64,000 bases of DNA, taken from IMG/VR virus record IMGVR_UViG_3300037258_001099, positions 32,001 to 96,000 of that record. One strand, given 5' to 3'. Position numbers and translations under genes: made by a program. The notes beneath the pieces were generated by a model. That model was given only the letters and a program-made list of their open reading frames with translations, ran no database searches and had not been told where the DNA came from. Each line of letters begins with the position of its first letter. Position 1 is the first letter of the stretch. Shown here piece by piece: positions 26,334 to 36,012 of this stretch. Source of the DNA: a virus.

Positions 26334-26671
26334 TCACGGTCATTCCTGTTGCCAGTGCGCCTTTCTCTTATATCATGAATGGGGTGACGCTGGACACTCC
26401 TGCGCAAATCACTGGTCCTATCCTTAACGGAGGGTTCATTGCCGCTAATGTAAGCTTCGTTGTGCTGTGGCGTTCTCCCACAACGGTAACCCAAAACGCG
26501 CTTACAAGCGGCAAGATTGGGATAATGACCTTTGCTGCCCATGATGGATCGAAGATGACCACACAGGTGCAGGTGAGTAGCGTGCTCTCAGGAAGTTTGC
26601 TGATTGCGACCTTTCGAGTGCTTGCAGCAACACCCGTGTATCGCTACGTTATCGTGACTCAGTGCTACTAA
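26330..26671 (+). CDS. Hypothetical virion-module protein
   Basis: TTGA overlap; fills the gap in the operon. Confidence 0.5.
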   Translation: MITVIPVASAPFSYIMNGVTLDTPAQITGPILNGGFIAANVSFVVLWRSPTTVTQNALTSGKIGIMTFAAHDGSKMTTQVQVSSVLSGSLLIATFRVLAATPVYRYVIVTQCY

Positions 26672-26680
26672 GGAGCAGGT

Positions 26681-27646
26681 ATGCAGATTTCTCAACTCCT
26701 CTCCTGGCCGCAGACAAACTGGCCTGGGGCGTCAATAGCAACGCAGTATACCGTGCTTCAGATGTATCCAGGCGAACCAACAGAGGTGACAACCGTCCCC
26801 GCGAACAGCGCTCTTCTCAGCTTTGATGATAGTGCGCCCTTGGTGTTTCAGGTGCGGCCATCTAGTGGCACAAGTCCAAGCCTCACCTACGGACCTGAGA
26901 CCCTCACGTATGTCAATCAATTTGTGCCGTGCCGCGCATATATTCGGCAGTTAGTTAGAAATGTGCTTGCCGATCGCTCTGATACGGCAGACACCACCCC
27001 TGTGTGGCCTGATGACGAGATCAATAGCTACGTCTACGACTCGATGGTTGAGCTCAATAATCTCTTTCCAGTAGACCGAGATAGTGAGTATCCCCTGGTG
27101 ACCAGACAGCGCAACTATCCGCTTCCTGACGACTTTTACCTGATCCGCACTGCTGAATACGTCTCTCTTGAAGGCAGACTACGCCTCTATCTCAAAGAGA
27201 AGCCATGGAAGGGCGGAGAATCAACAGCGACATCCTATCTTGGGTACCCCAAACTTGGCATTCTTATCTCCCCGCTTGCAGGAAGGTTCTACCCAGGCCA
27301 CTTCTACATTTACGAGGATCAGATCTGGCTCGACTGGGACCCTTACTCAAGTGCAGATGACCAACTTCATCTGCGCTACGCTGGCAAACGGACACTGCCT
27401 GTGGGTGATGCTGATGTGCTGGAGCTGACTCAGGAGGATATCTTGCTTGTGTCGCTACGAACACAGCTCTTTTGTTGGCTGCGCGTAGAATCGGCAGATG
27501 CCAGGTTATCAAGATGGACTACTGACAAAAAGAGAGATGATATGCCTACGGTAAAAATGTCGGCAGATATCCAGAAACTGTATAATGGTGCTGTTATTGA
27601 CCGGAAAGAGCGTCGTCCATCCGTAAAGCGCCTTATGCGCAGATAG
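26681..27646 (+). CDS. Putative head-tail adaptor protein
   Basis: VRNVLAD...WPDDEINSYV...YPLPDDFY pattern typical of phage adaptor proteins; AAGGAG RBS. Confidence 0.7.
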   Translation: MQISQLLSWPQTNWPGASIATQYTVLQMYPGEPTEVTTVPANSALLSFDDSAPLVFQVRPSSGTSPSLTYGPETLTYVNQFVPCRAYIRQLVRNVLADRSDTADTTPVWPDDEINSYVYDSMVELNNLFPVDRDSEYPLVTRQRNYPLPDDFYLIRTAEYVSLEGRLRLYLKEKPWKGGESTATSYLGYPKLGILISPLAGRFYPGHFYIYEDQIWLDWDPYSSADDQLHLRYAGKRTLPVGDADVLELTQEDILLVSLRTQLFCWLRVESADARLSRWTTDKKRDDMPTVKMSADIQKLYNGAVIDRKERRPSVKRLMRR

Positions 27647-27654
27647 GGAAATGC

Positions 27655-28251
27655 ATGGCAACATATCCAGAAGACATTGATGAGAATATACTGGCCGCGC
27701 TCCAAATACTCTTTCAGGTAAAGCTGCAATCAGAGCCAGCCCAGGCTGGCGATAAGCTTGCGCTACGAACGCTCAAGCAGAGCCCATTGCAGGATGATCC
27801 CACACTCAAAGCTCCTTTCGTGGTTTATACCAATGATTCTGGCAAAGGCAAGGACGGCTATTCCTTGCAGCTCATCACCAAGCACATAGAGGCAGCAGAG
27901 TATGGTTCAGTTGAGATTGGCGGACCTGTGCGCTACCTCTACTGCTACTGTGCCAGCTTTGGTACCCCTCAAGTCTCCACACGTGATCAGGCACGAGCTG
28001 ACGGCTCGGTGATGATGACCAGGATTATGGGTACCCTTATCCAGTACTGCAATCTCAACAACATTATCCGGCCTGGTATGCTCACGAGCGATGATGGTAC
28101 CAAGCAAATTGAGGGGCAAAATGAACGCCTGGTCACCGCTGCTGAATACGAGATTTACGGCGGTGAGTCTACCTTCTTTAGTAAGGGCATTGTGAATTTT
28201 CGCTATCCAGTGGCTTGGTACATGCCTATCCAAATGGGTCCATTCTCCTGA
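27655..28251 (+). CDS. Putative tail terminator/neck protein
   Basis: Position after the adaptor and size; function inferred from synteny. Confidence 0.5.
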   Translation: MATYPEDIDENILAALQILFQVKLQSEPAQAGDKLALRTLKQSPLQDDPTLKAPFVVYTNDSGKGKDGYSLQLITKHIEAAEYGSVEIGGPVRYLYCYCASFGTPQVSTRDQARADGSVMMTRIMGTLIQYCNLNNIIRPGMLTSDDGTKQIEGQNERLVTAAEYEIYGGESTFFSKGIVNFRYPVAWYMPIQMGPFS

Positions 28252-28355
28252 AGTGGCCCCACTCCGGTCCTTTCCTCTACACTGAGCTCCAATGGGGTGA
28301 GAGAGCCTCTATCCTGCTTTCTACTAATGCAGGTAGAGAGGGAAGGAATAATACA

Positions 28356-29114
28356 ACGAGCGATTACTCTGTCTTTGACCTAGATACCAATACTGCCGCT
28401 AGTGACGCGGCTTCTCCAATCTGGACCAACCAGATCACAGCAGGGGGTTCTGGAGGAGCGGAGGAGCTTCGTTTCTGTGCTTCTGGCGCTGGCACCACAA
28501 CTACCCCATCAGCATCCTGGCCTGGCTTTCAGAGACCCGCATCTGTTGGAGTTGTCCCAGAATGCTGGGGTTTTACCACAAATATTCTGGGTGCCAAGGT
28601 GAACACCTATGACGGCACGAATGCCAATGCCAGACAGTTCCGATGGGACTTCGATAATCTTGGAACTCCTGTCTCTCCCATGCAGATGTCTTCATTTGCG
28701 ACATCTGCTCTTCCAACTCCGGTGCCTGGAACGCAGCCATCCTCACCTTCTTCTGATGGCTCAGGTATTGTAAACGGCCATGCAACTGACACATCTTCAA
28801 GATCCTACATGAAGGGCAATGCATACGGTGTTGGCCTTACAGGAGCTGGTGCTCAGCAAACGCCTTCTGCTGGCACTACCGGAACAGTCACAGCAACAAG
28901 TGGGACAACTGGCCCTGTTACTCCTGGTGCCTCTGCCTGGCTTGCTAACTGGCAGGATCTAGCTGGTTTCACGGATTATATCCTTTCCGGTGCTACCGCT
29001 CAAGCACTCACGGCGGGCTTCTGGTTCTTCTGTCTCTCGTTGTGGTCTGGTCCCAATTTGTGTCTTGGAACAAATATAGGTCCAGTTATTGTTAATCAGT
29101 ATAATTTCACATAG
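28356..29114 (+). CDS. Putative structural protein (start uncertain, possibly ACG at 28356)
   Basis: G/T/S/A-rich ORF; GGAAGGA RBS 8 nt before ACG-AGC-GAT-TAC; track start is 28215. Confidence 0.65.
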   Translation, partial: TSDYSVFDLDTNTAASDAASPIWTNQITAGGSGGAEELRFCASGAGTTTTPSASWPGFQRPASVGVVPECWGFTTNILGAKVNTYDGTNANARQFRWDFDNLGTPVSPMQMSSFATSALPTPVPGTQPSSPSSDGSGIVNGHATDTSSRSYMKGNAYGVGLTGAGAQQTPSAGTTGTVTATSGTTGPVTPGASAWLANWQDLAGFTDYILSGATAQALTAGFWFFCLSLWSGPNLCLGTNIGPVIVNQYNFT

Positions 29115-29123
29115 GATCGCTCT

Positions 29124-29594
29124 ATGATCATTACGCCCCTTTCCCTTAAACAATATTCATATTGGGAGGTAGCCTTAACTTCAGGACGCGTTATTAATGA
29201 GCTTGATACGGTCAAGGACGACCGAGGAGAACGCTTGGTAGATTGGACGCTCGATCTTTGTTCGACGGGAGACGCTCGGCGTGTGAAGGAAGTCCGCATT
29301 ATCTGCCCTGGCCTCATGAAGCATGGGGTTATCAAGCTCAAGGAGAGGCAGACAGCTTTCCAGTTTAAGAATTCCTCTAAGGTCCATGATGGAGTGCGCC
29401 AATACCGCATTCTGGAAGCTCAGGTGATAGGCCGTGTAAGCAATCTGGATACGGGCCAGTGTGATTGCTTCATCTGGGACCGGATGCTTGGGCTCATCAA
29501 GTACCAATCAACAATTGTCAACTTTGGGTCGTGGCGACCTGGCATAGCACCCATAAAGTCGCTTTCCCTTGATGTGATGGGATTGCGTCTCTGA
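29124..29594 (+). CDS. Hypothetical protein
   Basis: 156-aa ORF, AGGA RBS. Confidence 0.65.
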   Translation: MIITPLSLKQYSYWEVALTSGRVINELDTVKDDRGERLVDWTLDLCSTGDARRVKEVRIICPGLMKHGVIKLKERQTAFQFKNSSKVHDGVRQYRILEAQVIGRVSNLDTGQCDCFIWDRMLGLIKYQSTIVNFGSWRPGIAPIKSLSLDVMGLRL

Positions 29595-29607
29595 GGGAGG
29601 TAAATAG

Positions 29608-31569
29608 TTGACTACTGCTCTTACGGTCTATGGCGCTGGAGCTGTATCTTCAGATGTTTCTACAGCATGTAAGCTAGTGTCCGCTTCTGGTGGCACGCTC
29701 AATAGCGCCTCGACAAACATGAGCTTCACCTCCGGTGCTACTGGATGGATACAGATATGGGGGAAAGGTGGCGCAAGTGGGCAAACAGGGTCAGGAAGTC
29801 AAGGCTCGCCTGATGGCAATGGTTTCCATTTTGATGGCACGGCACTAGAAGGACAGAGGCTTCTAGCAGGTATCCATGCTTGGACACTTAATCTCCATAC
29901 GAATGCAGGCGGATCGATGACCGCTGATGTCGTTTTTCGTGCTTTAAAGAGATCATCAAGTGGTGTCTACACCGTTATTGGAAGTGCTACACTTTCTGGT
30001 CAAACTTTCACAAATACCCAAGCTGCCTATGCCGATTCCCCGTCTTTTTCTTTGATGGATTTTACTACTGGAGATAGATTAGAATATGATGCCTGGCTCA
30101 ATGTATTGTCTAATACCTCCGTATCTGTTATTGGAATATACCGTTCATCTTCCACAACGCTAGGTGCATCAGGGTGCAATATGGTAACACCTGGCTTTGC
30201 TCCGACGCCTTCAACGAACCAGAGGAAGATTATTTCTAGGCTCTCTCAATATGCGACAACTCAGAGGAAGGGAGTAAGCAGGTTTTACCAGTATGCTGTT
30301 AAGGCAAAAAAGACAACAACTAGACTTTTCCAAAAGGGATTAGTGAATAGAGGTATCTCTACACGATTTGCTCACTATAGCAAATCACTCAAAGCTACTG
30401 CTACGAGAGTAATTCAGTATCTTCTTGCAAAAAGGGCAATAGGAACGAGACTCACTCAATATGCTGTAGGACAGATAAATATTGCTGCTAGGATGTCCCA
30501 GTACGGTCTTGCGGGAAAATCAGTTCCATCGCGCTTCTTTCAAATGCTGTCTTCCGCAAGGCGCTATGCGGTAAGACTCTATCAGTATAGTGCGATCAAG
30601 AGGATAGTTGCCTCTAGGCTTTCCCAGTTTGTTCTAGGCATGCGGACTGTCGCATCTCGTCTAAGCCAATACAGCATATCTGGACGCATAGTCTCCTCTC
30701 GCTTCTTTGCCTACCTCAAAGCTCAGAGGTCCACTGCCTCTCGGGTACATCAATACCTGATAGCAGATAAAGCGTTCCTTTCCAGAATGAGGCAGTACGG
30801 GGTATCATCTCAGACAGTACTAATTCGGTACGGCCAATATGCTTTCCACTTTTCTATACAGAGCATCCAGTCCAGGTTCTCTCAGTACGTAGCACAAATG
30901 AGGGGAATACAAAGTCACTTTGGACACTATAGTGTTTCTGACAGGCGTATTGCTTCCAGACTCTTTTTGCTTGGACACGGTGTCCAGACAGTTGTCTCTC
31001 GGTTCTATCAACACATGGTCAGCCAGAGGGCCTATCAAACCAGGCTTAGGATGGTAAGCAGTTTCCAGTTTGCGCAGCAGTTTTTTGCCTCTAGGCTCTA
31101 TCAGTTCACAGGAGCACAAAGGGCTGTTCGTTCTCGCGTGGCGCTTATTCTCCTCTCTCCAAAGGCATTCGCCATCAGGCTTTATCAGTATGCAGAGAGC
31201 CAGCAAAAGATACACACTCGCATCTTTGTCTATAGGCAAGCAATGAAGTCCCTTCCTATAAGGCTCTTTGCTTATGGCCGTAAGAGCCAGAAATATCCGT
31301 CGAGAGTTTTTATTTATAATGTAGCCACGCGTGGGATTGGGTCGCGTACATTTTCTTACGATAAGAGGAAACACAGTCTAGCAACCAGACTCAATCACAT
31401 TGTTACTCCGATGACGACCAGATTGATAGCCTTGCGTATGAGCCAGTTTGCGGGACAGCACCGAGGAGTCTCTTCTCGACTAAAATGTGTAGAAGCACTT
31501 GATCTTGCTCCTGTCGTTGGACAAGCAGTGGGCAGAGATGGCATTATGGAAATACGGAGGATTCTATGA
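29608..31569 (+). CDS. Virion protein with N-terminal beta domain and about 30 basic 14-aa repeats
   Basis: GGGAGG RBS with TTG start; repeats such as TQRKGVSRFYQYAV, IKRIVASRLSQFVL. Confidence 0.75.
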   Translation: MTTALTVYGAGAVSSDVSTACKLVSASGGTLNSASTNMSFTSGATGWIQIWGKGGASGQTGSGSQGSPDGNGFHFDGTALEGQRLLAGIHAWTLNLHTNAGGSMTADVVFRALKRSSSGVYTVIGSATLSGQTFTNTQAAYADSPSFSLMDFTTGDRLEYDAWLNVLSNTSVSVIGIYRSSSTTLGASGCNMVTPGFAPTPSTNQRKIISRLSQYATTQRKGVSRFYQYAVKAKKTTTRLFQKGLVNRGISTRFAHYSKSLKATATRVIQYLLAKRAIGTRLTQYAVGQINIAARMSQYGLAGKSVPSRFFQMLSSARRYAVRLYQYSAIKRIVASRLSQFVLGMRTVASRLSQYSISGRIVSSRFFAYLKAQRSTASRVHQYLIADKAFLSRMRQYGVSSQTVLIRYGQYAFHFSIQSIQSRFSQYVAQMRGIQSHFGHYSVSDRRIASRLFLLGHGVQTVVSRFYQHMVSQRAYQTRLRMVSSFQFAQQFFASRLYQFTGAQRAVRSRVALILLSPKAFAIRLYQYAESQQKIHTRIFVYRQAMKSLPIRLFAYGRKSQKYPSRVFIYNVATRGIGSRTFSYDKRKHSLATRLNHIVTPMTTRLIALRMSQFAGQHRGVSSRLKCVEALDLAPVVGQAVGRDGIMEIRRIL

Positions 31570-31904
31570 GTATCTCTCCCTGGTATCAATTTGACACAAA
31601 GCCCTCGTGGAAGTTCTTTCTACTTCTCGACAGTGGTATCCTTGTCACTACTGGCCTTGCTCCATCTGACTTCTCGTTTCGGATGGTCAACACACAAAAT
31701 ACAAGCGCACAGGAGATTATTGGAGCTGGATATTGCAGTGATCTGCTAGCGGCAGACGCGGACACGCTGCCATCAATTATCTATAATCAGAGTAGGGCAG
31801 ATGTCTCCGTCCCTGGTATTTATCGTACCTATTTTGTCATTACGCTGCCAACGCAGGACCAGGAAACGCTTTCTCTTGGTGAAATAAAAATCGTATCGAG
31901 GTAA
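31566..31904 (+). CDS. BppU-like baseplate/fibre-associated protein
   Basis: YQFDTKPSW...ADVSVPGIY..YFVITLP...ET resembles the BppU N-terminal domain. Confidence 0.5.
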   Translation: MSISPWYQFDTKPSWKFFLLLDSGILVTTGLAPSDFSFRMVNTQNTSAQEIIGAGYCSDLLAADADTLPSIIYNQSRADVSVPGIYRTYFVITLPTQDQETLSLGEIKIVSR

Positions 31905-31906
31905 CT

Positions 31907-32185
31907 ATGAACGAAGATCTTGTAACCGAGATTGGCAAAGCCGTGGCTGATGTCAACGTGACCGATCTACCGACCATTCTCAAACTGATGGAGAAAATTT
32001 CCTCTGATAGCATTGTTATGTTACTCTCATGCAATAAGGCCCATATTTTGGCCGATCTTCTGCTCTCAAAGCTCACCCTTTGGCTGGCTGATATTCCAGC
32101 GCTTCCTGTGGAGCAGCGAGCAGTACTACAAAATATTGTCTCCCTCTACCAGGAAGGTGTGAAAGGACAGTGGAAATATGCTTGA
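31907..32185 (+). CDS. Hypothetical protein
   Basis: GAGG RBS, coupled to tmk. Confidence 0.55.
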   Translation: MNEDLVTEIGKAVADVNVTDLPTILKLMEKISSDSIVMLLSCNKAHILADLLLSKLTLWLADIPALPVEQRAVLQNIVSLYQEGVKGQWKYA

Positions 32186-32813
32186 ACGTGGCTATTTTAT
32201 TTCATTTGAAGGGATCGATGGGGCAGGTAAATCTACCCAGGTGAAGTTGCTTCACGACTATTTAGTGGGCCGTGGTATTCCCACCCTTATGACTCATGAG
32301 CCTGGAGGGACAACACTTGGCCGTGAACTACGCTATCTTCTCATGAGTGCAGATGCAAAGATGGACCCGCTTGCTGCAATGTTTCTCTATCAGGCCGATC
32401 GCGCTCAGCACTTTGAGACGGTCGTTATCCCGCATCTCGTTATGGGTGACATGGTGCTCACCGATCGCTGTTATGACTCCACTGTGGTTTATCAGGGCTA
32501 CGGGCATGGCATTGACCCAAAATTGATTGATCATATCAGCCTTCTAGCCATGCATGGCTTTATGCCACAACTCACCATCTATCTTGACCTTGATCCAGCA
32601 CTTGTGTGGCAGCGCAAACGCGATAACAACCCGCTCTCCTACGATTGGGCACCAGCAGCCTTTCACGAGAGGCTACGGGCTGCCTATGTGGATCGTAAGA
32701 CGAAAGACCCTGATCGCATCAAAGCTATTCGCGCAGACCAGCCACAAGAGAAAGTCCATGCTGAAGTAGTGAGACATGTTGAGGAGCTTTTTGCAAGGAG
32801 GCACCATGATTGA
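32178..32813 (+). CDS. tmk: Thymidylate (dTMP) kinase
   Basis: FISFEGIDGAGKSTQ, HEPGGT, ADRAQH, TDRCYDSTVVYQG. Confidence 0.95.
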   Translation: MLERGYFISFEGIDGAGKSTQVKLLHDYLVGRGIPTLMTHEPGGTTLGRELRYLLMSADAKMDPLAAMFLYQADRAQHFETVVIPHLVMGDMVLTDRCYDSTVVYQGYGHGIDPKLIDHISLLAMHGFMPQLTIYLDLDPALVWQRKRDNNPLSYDWAPAAFHERLRAAYVDRKTKDPDRIKAIRADQPQEKVHAEVVRHVEELFARRHHD

Positions 32814-33300
32814 TGTCTATCCTGGTATCTATGTTGGTAGTGACAAGGATTACAATGAGTGGGCCTCCCACGGGAGTGGCTTTGCTATTGTCCATGCAGC
32901 TAAAGAGCCATGGCATAGAAAGGCCGTAGGCTATCGGGGCCGAGGATGTCCAAAGGATAGCCCTGAGTATCTGGTGGCTAGACGTGACCACAGACTGATG
33001 CTCAACATGATCGACACTGAAGACCCTACCTATGTGCCAATGGCGATGATCTGGCAGTCGCTGAAATTCATCGAAGAGCATCACGAGGCTGGATACAAAG
33101 TCCTCATAGCTTGCAACAAGGGAGAGTCTCGCGCTCCATCCATCGCTATGCTCTATCTGTCCGCTTGGCTCAAAGTTATTCCAAATAAAACAATAGAGGA
33201 GGCTGAAGATCATTTTGTCGAGCTCTATCCCAATTACCATCCAAGGTCTGGTATCCGCCTTCATCTCAAGGAAAACTGGGAAAGGTATCGCAACGAATGA
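32806..33300 (+). CDS. Dual-specificity/PTP-like phosphatase
   Basis: VLIACNKGESRAPSI CX5R loop; VYPGIYVG N-terminus. Confidence 0.85.
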   Translation: MIDVYPGIYVGSDKDYNEWASHGSGFAIVHAAKEPWHRKAVGYRGRGCPKDSPEYLVARRDHRLMLNMIDTEDPTYVPMAMIWQSLKFIEEHHEAGYKVLIACNKGESRAPSIAMLYLSAWLKVIPNKTIEEAEDHFVELYPNYHPRSGIRLHLKENWERYRNE

Positions 33301-33839
33301 AACTTTTTGAGCATATACGGCATCCCTATACCCCAAAAAATATCAATGAAATCCATGACGACCAGCTTGGTGTTGGAGACAAAGTTTCTGATAGCGTGGC
33401 TGCAACTATGGGGAGTTGGCGATTCATTATCATCCAGGGAAGTCTTCTCATTATCTGGATTATCATCAACACCATCGCCTTTTTTGCGCACTTTGATGGC
33501 TATCCGTACATTTTGCTCAACTTGGCCCTATCGTTTCAAGCGGCCTTCGCTACTCCGATAATTTTGATGTCACAGAACAGGCAATCCTCCAAGGATCGGC
33601 TAACTGCTGAGCATGATTACCAGATCAACCTCAAATCAGAGCAAGAGACTAGGCAACTTATTGCTCACCTGGATGAGCAGGATAAGCAACTTCTCCTGGC
33701 CTACGAAGAGCTGATCAAGCAGACATCTATGCTGATCTCGCTCCTTGAGCACAAGGATATGCCAACAATTCCGAAAACAACTGTTTCCGAAATTAATGAT
33801 GTTGAATCCTATAATGATTCCAATACGCCAAAGCCTTAG
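33297..33839 (+). CDS. DUF1003 membrane protein
   Basis: MGSWRFII, FDGYPYILLNLALSFQAAFATPIILMSQNRQ..KDR..AEHDYQINLK. Confidence 0.92.
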   Translation: MKLFEHIRHPYTPKNINEIHDDQLGVGDKVSDSVAATMGSWRFIIIQGSLLIIWIIINTIAFFAHFDGYPYILLNLALSFQAAFATPIILMSQNRQSSKDRLTAEHDYQINLKSEQETRQLIAHLDEQDKQLLLAYEELIKQTSMLISLLEHKDMPTIPKTTVSEINDVESYNDSNTPKP

Positions 33840-33977
33840 TTTGCTGCTGTAAAAAATTATATTTGCTTGCTTTATGATGTAATATATTTTATAATGGTAG
33901 AGGTAACTAAATACTGTTGCCCCCGCGATGCTGATACATCCAGGGGCGTGAGTCAATTCTGTTTAGGAGAATTAACT

Positions 33978-34901
33978 ATGCATAGTGTAACACCTCATGA
34001 CCAAAACGACAATCCTCCAGAAAAAGCTTGCACAGGTCTTTGTGGACGTACCCTTCCGGCTACCGCCGAATTTTTCCATAGAGGGCAGAAGAATAAGAGC
34101 TCACTAGCCAGCAAATGCAAGGAATGTGTAAGCAAAGCCAAGAAAGAATATTATAGTCAGACTCGCGTTAAAGAGCATAAACGCACCTATGACAAAGTCC
34201 GTAATAGTAATCCAGAAACGCACGAACATATTCTCGCTTTAAAGAGAGTTTCTGACAACCGTCCTGATGTACATAATCGAAAAAAGCAGCGCGACAAGGA
34301 CTATCGTACTCGTTCAGGAATACGAGAACGCAAACGATCCTATGCTGAAAGATACCGTAATAGCCCAGAAGGACAGAGATATAGATACGATTATCGTAAC
34401 CGCCCAGATGTAAAGGAGCGCAGGAAAGCTTTGTGCAAAGTCTATCGCAACCAGCCAGCGATTCGAGTAAGAATACAGAACTGGAAAAGAGAGTATTATA
34501 GCCGACCTGACGTTCGTGAGAAAGTTAGACAGAACCGACGTATCTGGCAGGAAAATTACTTTAGTAATCCAGAAAAAAAAGAAATGAGAATTGCTAGAGT
34601 TCGTAATCGTCGAGCTAAGAAGAACTCTATTCCTGGTGTTCATACTCCCCAACAAATCCAGGAACAATTAACTCGACAAGAACACAGGTGCTACTATGCT
34701 GCCTGTGGTTACTCCAAGTTTGATCAAATTAATGGTAAATATATCTACCATGTTGATCATACATTTCCAATAAGTAGGGTAGCAGGGACTGATATTCCTG
34801 CAAATAGCATTGAGTACTTGGTGTTAGCTTGTCCTGCCTGCAATATGAGTAAAGGAAATAAATTCCCATGGGAATTCCCTGAAGGCGGACGACTTTTATA
34901 G
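33978..34901 (+). CDS. HNH endonuclease with N-terminal Zn motif and Arg-rich repeats
   Basis: ACTGLC...CKEC; RPDV-type repeats; CYYAAC...HVDHTFP...LACPACNMSK; AGGAG RBS. Confidence 0.88.
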   Translation: MHSVTPHDQNDNPPEKACTGLCGRTLPATAEFFHRGQKNKSSLASKCKECVSKAKKEYYSQTRVKEHKRTYDKVRNSNPETHEHILALKRVSDNRPDVHNRKKQRDKDYRTRSGIRERKRSYAERYRNSPEGQRYRYDYRNRPDVKERRKALCKVYRNQPAIRVRIQNWKREYYSRPDVREKVRQNRRIWQENYFSNPEKKEMRIARVRNRRAKKNSIPGVHTPQQIQEQLTRQEHRCYYAACGYSKFDQINGKYIYHVDHTFPISRVAGTDIPANSIEYLVLACPACNMSKGNKFPWEFPEGGRLL

Positions 34902-34905
34902 GGAA

Positions 34906-34933
34906 AAGGGGAGCTCGTAAAATCTCCCCTTTA
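34906..34933. terminator. Bidirectional terminator between convergent genes
   Basis: AAGGGGAG...CTCCCCTT stem flanked by A and T tracts. Confidence 0.55.
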
Positions 34934-35620
34934 TTTTAAGTTATAGCACTCGCACTGCATATTTTTGCATTGGCTAAAAGATACTCTCCATTTTATCCAA
35001 AATAGCATTGCAGCTTTTTGTAAATCGGTATCTAGATATCGTTCAGTTTCATGAGGGCGTCCTGGCTTGGGACGGTTCGTTGTCTCAATCTTCTCTTTAT
35101 TTGGGCCAATACCATCCTCAACATGATGTCTCCATGTGCTTCGTTTAATGCCGTGCATTTCTGCGAACTTTGAGCCAAGGATGGAGCCCTCTGGGAGATT
35201 GCTTTGTACTGGCTTTGCCGCAACACCCTCGGCTTTGAAGGTATAGGAGTCAAGATCTTCTGGTTTCAGTATGGGGGCGATGCGCTGTTCAAGACTTGCT
35301 ACTCGCCCTTCGAGAATAGCTATTGCCACCTTGAGCTCACCAATCTCCGCTTCTAGCTCCTTTCTGGTAGTATCCTGGAAGAGTACTTCCTCTCTAGGAG
35401 GTTCTAGAAAGCCCATAATCTGGGATGTGGTGAGAAAGCTTGATCGCTCTTCTTCCCAGGCTTTTTTAGCACGCTCAACCTCTTCCAGGGTAAATCTGAG
35501 CTTGCCCTGTGGGGTACGATCGCCTGTGATCCAGCCTTCATCGTAGCGTTTCTTGAGGGTCTTGTAGGACATTCCAATGAGTCGTGCGGCCATATCTCCG
35601 CCTACGAACTGTTGTGTCAT
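34931..35620 (-). CDS. MerR/excisionase-like HTH protein with coiled coil and second HTH
   Basis: AARLIGMSYKTLKKRYDEGWI..DRTPQGKLRF; coiled coil; FAEMHGIKRSTWRHH. Confidence 0.75.
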   Translation of the reverse strand: MTQQFVGGDMAARLIGMSYKTLKKRYDEGWITGDRTPQGKLRFTLEEVERAKKAWEEERSSFLTTSQIMGFLEPPREEVLFQDTTRKELEAEIGELKVAIAILEGRVASLEQRIAPILKPEDLDSYTFKAEGVAAKPVQSNLPEGSILGSKFAEMHGIKRSTWRHHVEDGIGPNKEKIETTNRPKPGRPHETERYLDTDLQKAAMLFWIKWRVSFSQCKNMQCECYNLK

Positions 35621-35682
35621 GGTGTGCTACTTTCTTCTAGTAGTAATCGGTAGGTTCTAGAAGGATTATAGCACGCACTGGC

Positions 35683-35716
35683 AAAAAGAAACCGTGAGAA
35701 TCATTCTCACGGTTTC
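35683..35716 (-). terminator. Intrinsic terminator after the par operon
   Basis: GAAACCGTGAGAAT/ATTCTCACGGTTTC stem, with a T tract on the minus strand. Confidence 0.7.
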
Positions 35717-35734
35717 CTAGGACAGTCTTTCTAT

Positions 35735-35998
35735 TTAGTCTGGATCTCCATAGACATCTAGGTTTTCGTCACTAATATTACTGGTGATAAGATCATGTCT
35801 ACCATTTGACTTGATGAAGTCATCAAGATTTTGGTTAATGCGATTCTGCTCAGACATCTGATATCGTTCTTTTAGGAGATCATGGATCAGATCGGCAACA
35901 CTTATCCCTCTTTGTCTGGCCTCTTCTTGGTAAAAATTTGCAAAATCTGACCCATCCTGCATGGGGATGGAAACCTGTCGTATTTCTTCATTTTTCAT
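35735..35998 (-). CDS. ParR-like ribbon-helix-helix protein (paralog 2)
   Basis: RQVSI...FYQEEARQRGISVADLIHDLLKERY; similar to 36013-36321. Confidence 0.65.
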   Translation of the reverse strand: MKNEEIRQVSIPMQDGSDFANFYQEEARQRGISVADLIHDLLKERYQMSEQNRINQNLDDFIKSNGRHDLITSNISDENLDVYGDPD

Positions 35999-36012
35999 GG
36001 TAGTTTTCCTTT

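Noticed and set aside
30210-31490. CRISPR array or DGR template/variable repeats
   Set aside because: Periodicity is at the protein level with diverged DNA; no reverse transcriptase in the window
34931-35620. Excisionase implying an integration module
   Set aside because: No integrase or att-like context in the window; a general HTH regulator is as likely
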